A DNA stretch of 64,000 nt from Eledone cirrhosa (Eukaryota). The position numbers were made by a program, and so were the translations under genes. This document shows, in pieces, positions 57,190 to 64,000 of this stretch (the first letter of the stretch is position 1; every line of letters starts with the position of its first letter). The notes under the pieces are model-generated. The model worked only from the letters and a program-made list of their open reading frames with translations. It was not told where the DNA came from and did no database searches. The DNA is taken from positions 57,970,001 to 58,034,000 of the forward strand of contig OZ024740.1 in the NCBI GenBank assembly GCA_964016885.1. Reading direction: 5' to 3'.

Positions 57190-57835
57190 GCAAGACCTTT
57201 GTCAGCCGCTCTCCAGCTATCTATTTAAGGCTGTAGCTGTAGATGGCTATGGTGCGGCCACACTTAGTCTTTGCATCACCAATCTGGAACCCCTATCTTG
57301 CTCAGAACATTGACCGCCTGGAAACTGTTCACAGATGTGCAACCCAGCGAATACCCTCCATCAGGCATCTACCATACTCTGAACGCCTTGCTTCCCTAGG
57401 CATGGATACATTGAAGCTCCGATGCCTGGCAACTGACTTGGTAAACACCCACAAAATTGTTAACCATCTTGACAACAACAACCCTGAGTACCTTTTTGAT
57501 TTCCATGTGTCTAACACACGTGGAAATGCCCATAAAGTAAGAAAACAGCACAGTTCCCATGACTTTTGGAAACATTTTTTCATGCTCAGATTTGCTGAAG
57601 CATGGAACAAACTACCTGCATCAGTTGTTAGCTGTTGAGACACTGCATCCTTTAAAACCTCCATGCTTCCCAAGATTCGCCAACACTACACCTAATGTTC
57701 CCCCTCCATACACATACACACATGTATATCATGACTCATACACTATTCACTTCCCTGACATTTGTATATTATTCTATGTACTATACATGCACCTTTGACG
57801 AGTTGTAGTGCACCTGAGCACTTTACGCAATAATT

Positions 57836-57860
<25 letters not shown>
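57190..57860 (+). mobile_element. CR1-like LINE 3' end
   Basis: MVRPHLVFASPIWNPY...RLETVHRCAT..IP.IRHLPYSERL...TRG...FF..R...WNKLP; (ATT)n tail. Confidence 0.88.
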
Positions 57861-57890
<30 letters not shown>

Positions 57891-58304
57891 ATATGTGTTG
57901 ATATGTGTTTGTATGTAGTATATATGGACTGTAGATATATTTACATATAGGGAAGTGAATATGTGAGCCAGCGTGTCCCCCCCACTCTTTCTCTCCCAGA
58001 CCAATATCAACAACACATCTTTGACAAATGTTCCCAAACTATCCTTCTTTTCTCTTTTTCCTGTCATCCCATTCTTATCAAAAGACATGTATCTTACACC
58101 TCATTAAAACTCAGATAAGCATCTAAATTCATCTTTGATATAGAAATCTGTAGAAGATATTCTTTATGGATTTGGAAGAGTTGATTCAGCTATGCCATTA
58201 TATACTTATCAAAGGTCAGCTAATGAAATAAAACCAGCATGAGAGTATGTTTACAACCACCTTCTCAAACACCCTTATCTTACAACCTCATCATTCTGTC
58301 TGTC

Positions 58305-58351
<47 letters not shown>

Positions 58352-60669
58352 TAATTCCTCCGAACCTTCATCATCATCAACACTCATTAACACCACATGC
58401 CACACCCCAGACACATCCAAATCTCTCTTATATATAGTCACACATTTCAACACAACCTGATCTCAGTTTGACAATTGCCACAGACAGACGAATGCGAGAA
58501 AGTTTTCCAACCCAAGTTAACCAGGAATCTCTAAAATTCTTCTACCGAAGTTAACAAAGAACTTACTGGATCTACCAACTCATAATATAATATTATAACA
58601 TTAAATCATAACATTTTTTAACACTACAAGTGAAGTCATTCTTTTCCTTTTTTTCAAATATACCTAACTGTACCAAGGATCTCACACATTTTCCAATATA
58701 TATATATATATATATATCTGTGTCCCCCTTGTCCATTAGCCCTCCCTAGCCTCATCCTCACTACACCCCCCACTTCATATATGCTCCTTCCAATATTCAC
58801 TCCTTAGCTGCTGCACTCAAAAACCCTTTGATGCCCTCTCTATCGCACCCTAGTAGCTACTCTCTTCATCCTTATGCACCCTTCTCATGCCCCCTTCACT
58901 ATCACTCCTTAGCTATTCTCCCCATCACTATATCTCACCTTCCCAGCACTGGTGAGGGCTATCTCCACCTCAGTGCTATTGATCAAACCATGCATGCCCC
59001 CTCCATTCACTACACCCTTATTTCTGCTTTGGTGTTCTCATCACTGCATCCCCTCCCCTATGCTATCAAAAGTTACCCATTCCCCTTCTGCACTCATCAG
59101 TCTGTCAAATCACACCACTCTTGCCATAACTTCATACTTATCTGCCCTCTCCTATCATTCCCCCACCCACAGAACAGAGAGGGCTCTTCTATTGGGGCAA
59201 GGACCAACAACATCTATCTTTGGTGTCACAAAATGCACTCGATATATCCTGTAAGGTGGTTGGTGATAGAAAGGGCACGCCGTTATAGAAACCATGCTTA
59301 TAAACGTCTGAGAGGACCCTTCAGTTGTGTCATGGTGTGACAACCTATCTAGTGTTGGTATCTATATTATAAATGTACCCAGTACATGCTATAAAGTGGT
59401 TGGTGATAGGAAGGACATCCTTCTGTCAAAAGCTTGCCAAACAAAGAGTTGAAAGGACACTTCAGTTGTGTAAAGGACATGACAGCTTCCCTAGTATTGG
59501 GATAATGATAAATGCACCCAGTACACACGGTAAAGTGGCTGATAAGATGAGCATCCAGCCATAGAAAACTTACCAAAAAAGGGTTGTGAGGACCCTTCAG
59601 TTGTGTCAGACATGACAACCTCTCTTGTGCACTTGGTAAAATGTGAGACCATACATTAGCGAAATGCAAATACCCTGGTCTGTCTGGAGGTCAGTAGCCC
59701 TGTTTTAGTATTGACTTGGTATGTATAGACCCATCCAACCCTTGTTAGTATAGAAAGCACACATTAAATTATGATGATATATACACAAATACATTGAACA
59801 TTGAATCTCGTAGCCTATACACATGCATGCATGCTTATAGACACATATACATGTATGTTGATTACTCTGATTAATTTATTGATTTCTCTCTCATTGAGTG
59901 CTTCGTGGCAGCCTCCAAAAATAATTTGCGAACCTGCTACTTGCAGCTGCAACTTCGGTTATACTCACTATTATTATTATTATAATATATATATATATGT
60001 GCACACACACATATATATATATTGTACCATATGTACAAGTGAGCAATATGTATTTTTTTTTATGAATAAAGAAGGCTATATTACAAAACTTAGCAATCTA
60101 CTTAATAAGGAGAAATTTATAGATTCAGGAGAACAACTCAATCCAATTAAAAGTTAAACTGAAATTAATTACTGTTGCAAACAAGCAATAGGATCAACTT
60201 GGCTTCATGTTTGAAAAAGAGTTTATTCTAGTTTAGATTTATATAACAGTATAAATGCACAAAGAGAACAGAGCTATCTAATCAATGATTTCAAAAATAA
60301 ACACACGAAGATGCAAGATTGCTCAATATAACATTATCAAATATAACAATGCTATCAAACCATAAACAGTAGTGAGATACAGCATATGTTCATCTGATAA
60401 GTTCCTAGAGATTTTACAGATACAAGCCAAATAGGCAATGTGTTCATCTTAGACATGAAAATATGAAAAGAAAAATAAATTCTAAACAAAACATATCTCA
60501 TTAGATTTGCTGGTAATGGCAAAATGTTTCTTCTGTAGTTTTAGTGAAGTGCTGAAAGTTATAATAATATGCAATATAACAATAGAAAATTTGAAATATT
60601 TTATAAATTTATCATATTTAAATTTTTGATCACAATTGAATGATTATTCAGTATGAAAGTATTGTTATC

Positions 60670-60718
<49 letters not shown>

Positions 60719-60941
60719 CTTATATATGTAATTTAATATATATGAAAAAATTGAAAACAATTCTTCATTGATTATTTTAATTGTATGACCATTCAAATAA
60801 AACAGACCTGCTTATCTCTGTGGTTCTTACTTGCTTCAAAGAATTAAAGATTCTGACTTAATTTCATAAGTTCCTGTGATGAGTTCAAATGTGGCTTAAA
60901 CTAGCTTATTCTTAACTGTACTTTGATATATATATATATCT

Positions 60942-61297
60942 GGCGAAGGGTAACCTGGAAAGCAGGGCATGCAGTCCAATCGCCATGGCGGAAAGTGGGG
61001 CTGTGCAGCCTTACTACCCCCCCCCCCCCCCAATTCCCTCTAAATGACCCTCCCGGTCAAAGCCGCATGTAGTGTTATCTAGTGTGTGTGTGTTATCTTT
61101 TTGTGTTTACGATTTAGTAAGCAGTCAAAATTCTGCTTGCCCCAAAGCTGTCGTGTGTTTGTGTGTATGTGTTTGTTTGTGTGTGTGTGTGTGTTATCTT
61201 TTTTTGTGTCTATACGTTTTAGTAAGCAGACGCAATTGATGAACTCAAGATTCTATAACGCATGCACTGCATGCATTGCATGCACGGACCCTTCGCC
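60942..61297. mobile_element. Short TIR element (possibly a hAT-like MITE)
   Basis: GGCGAAGGGT...ACCCTTCGCC, a 10-bp perfect inverted match. Confidence 0.5.
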
Positions 61298-61304
61298 CCT
61301 GATA

Positions 61305-62046
61305 TCTGTATATATATATAAAGACAAAGTTTTCTGTATGTATGTGTGTGTGTGGACAATTTTTAATGAGGGCTCATATATTCTAAACCATTCATACGAT
61401 TTCTTTGAAATTTTTTACAGAGCTTCTCCTTGCACAAAACCTGTACATGATCTACAAAGTCTTTCAAAAATCGATATTGGGGCTTTTGGAGACATTAAAA
61501 AAGTTTCGGTTATTTGTGTCAATTTTCGTGATTAAGTAAGACAAGAGTATATTTAAGTAAGACAATCTTTTCGGTTTTTAATTTACTCTTTTTACTTGAA
61601 ACAAAAAGTACTTCCTTGAGACTAACAATATCATTTTGTATATTTCACAACCAGCAATTTCTAACAGATTACTAAATTAAGTTATAGATTTGACATTGTA
61701 TAATTTATCGTTTCAAGCTTGATGTTCATACATTAAGTGATGTCATAACTTTTACAATATTATGCTTTGTACATAATAGTGTCTATTATTCACTTCACTT
61801 CTCTATTTCATGATGCGCTTTTACTGTTGTCAAAAAAATTTATACCTAGACTGGATTTCTGTTGTTACATGGTATAACGGATGACACCGAGCTCACATAT
61901 TAATTATTTTGCTGGAATAGTGCCTAAGGTTTTCATGTTTACATAAAGTACGTTTTTCTTCTATGTATTCAAATTTACTTTAATTTTGTTTAATGAGCTA
62001 CATCGAAAGCTACTTGAACCGTCCTTTGGACGGGTATTTTAGCTAG
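61305..62046 (+). mobile_element. Non-autonomous Helitron (second family)
   Basis: A|TCTGTATATATATATAAAG 5' end; 3' hairpin CCGTCCTTTGGACGG then CTAG|T. Confidence 0.82.
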
Positions 62047-62474
62047 TATATATATATAAAAGTCCACAACTCAGAATTTGCAACTTTTGCACAACTTAAG
62101 CTATTAGATGAAAAATAACCATGAAATATAGTTACTGTCTTTGAAATAATTTTGAAATGAAATTACAAGATGAATGGATTTACGGTCATACACAATATCA
62201 AACAATAAGCGGTGCAACACTTTATTCATAGAAAGATATGAACTCCATATACTGAAAAAGAATTTCTTTCTTTAATTTGAAAGAAATGAACTGCTCATTG
62301 CATCCATTATGCACAAAATCTATAAATTGATAGCATTACTTATATAGTTTTAAGACACAAATGAATATTCCCGTCAGTTTTGTTTATCTTTTTCAAATTG
62401 AAACCAAGAATATGAATAGTCTTAAACAGCGATTGTAGTTCAGAATCCTATTTTTATTCAGAAAGCATTTTATA

Positions 62475-63165
62475 ATAATTGTTTCTACTTTTGGCACAAA
62501 GCCAGCAATTACCCAGTACATTACTGATGCTTTATTTTATCGACCCCATAAGGATGAAAGGTAAAGTTAACCTCTGTGGGATTTGAACTCAATCCGTAAA
62601 GGGACGTAACTATGCTGGAAAGCATGGTGTCCGACTCTCTACTGATACTGCCAATAATGATATCTAATTTAGGCAGAAGCTCAACAATTTTGAGAGAGGG
62701 GAAAGCTGATTAAATAGACCCAGTAATTGACTGGAACTTTATTTTATTGACCCTGGATAAATGAAAGGCAAAATTGACCTCAGTAGATTTTGAACTTAGA
62801 ATGTAATGGGCTGTATTTAAATGACACCTAGCATTTTGTCTGACACTAATGATTCTGACTATTCACCACCCTAAAGCTATTTCTAATAATAGGAATATTA
62901 ACTACTTATATAGGAATGAAGCCTTACAGTTGTGATGTTTAATAATGGTTTATGATGTAGGCACAAGGCCAACAATTTTGGGGGAGAGGAATGTTCATTA
63001 AATAGACACCAGTGCATTACTGGTACTTTATTTTATCAACCTCATAAGGATGAAAAAAGCAAAGCTAAACTTGGTGGGATATGAAATCAGAACGTAAAGG
63101 GCTGTAACTTTAGGCTGCGAAGCATAGTGTCCAATGTTCTACTGATATTGATAATCCACTGCCCT
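62475..63165 (-). mobile_element. Three SINE family 1 copies (~62475-62655, ~62660-62870, ~62940-63165)
   Basis: Consensus match with differing divergence. Confidence 0.8.
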
Positions 63166-64000
63166 TTGGAACAATGGGAAGGTTTAGTGTTTAGTAATTT
63201 ACTACTGTTATTTGCATATAACTGAAATGGAGTAATGTATTTAAAAAAATTAGAACTTTCTCCAATACTTATTATTGAAGACAAATATTAGTGGGGTTTT
63301 GTTACCTATTAGTATCACTTGGATTAATTCCCATCTCTGTACATGAAATTATATACCACCTTTTCAAGTGATTTCATGCCTCTCACTTTTTCCTCCTGTA
63401 ACTTCGGATAAATACACACCTCATTAAGCTCAAGCTCATTTCATATATAGTTGTATTCATGTGTAAACAAATTTATCATAGCACCAGCACTAAAAAGGTT
63501 GTCTTGTCTCCTGGAAGGTTAAGAAGTCCTATAGATAGTCTCTGTTTTCGAAAGTGAATGTGATTGAGAGAATGTGATTAGGAAGAGATGTTATGACTGG
63601 GAAGTTGGAGAAGAGACAATAGATATGAGGACATCTCATTAAAAAATATTTTGTTAAGTGGTCATGTCTGTAAAGTAGTTGTATAGGTGTCACAACAAAA
63701 AGCACCCAGTCCACACTGTAATGTGGTCGTGTTGGTGACATGACAAAAAGCACCCTGTGCTCACTGTAAATGAGGTTGGCATTAGGAAGGGCATCTAGCT
63801 GTAGAAACCAAGCCAAAATCAGTTCTGTATGTGCAAGATGTGGTTACCTGACCTAGCATTGCCCACAACAGGACAACTTGTCTAACCCATGCTAGCATAG
63901 GAAAATTGATGTAAAACGGTGATGATGATAATGACAATAATGAAAGAACTAGATCAAGGAACAATACTTCAGAATCAGGGAATTATATAAAATAAAACAT

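Noticed and set aside
60420-60512. Candidate SPO11 exon 3
   Set aside because: The required frame contains a TAG and similarity is poor; exon 3 probably lies beyond the window.

Overview
AT-rich, repeat-dominated eukaryotic DNA, most likely from an octopus or other cephalopod (inferred from the SINE families, PHD-bearing RTE LINEs and long (TA)n arrays). Most listed ORFs are spurious. The only recognisable host gene is SPO11 on the + strand: a 114-nt exon at 47083-47196 matches vertebrate SPO11 exon 2, and a probable TATA/Inr-driven first coding exon lies at 4786-4952, which would make about 42 kb of the window intron 1. That intron and the next hold a Naiad-type Penelope-like retroelement (open RT + GIY-YIG ORF) and a cluster of four minimal hammerhead ribozymes, each preceded by the same splice-donor-like motif. 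They also hold a Merlin-like fold-back transposon carrying a Tx1/L1 fragment, non-autonomous Helitrons with a fully palindromic 3' end, a degenerate LTR element, CRE, RTE and CR1 LINE remnants, two tRNA-SINE families and several MITEs. All calls were made by eye with no database search, and repeat boundaries are approximate unless termini are quoted.
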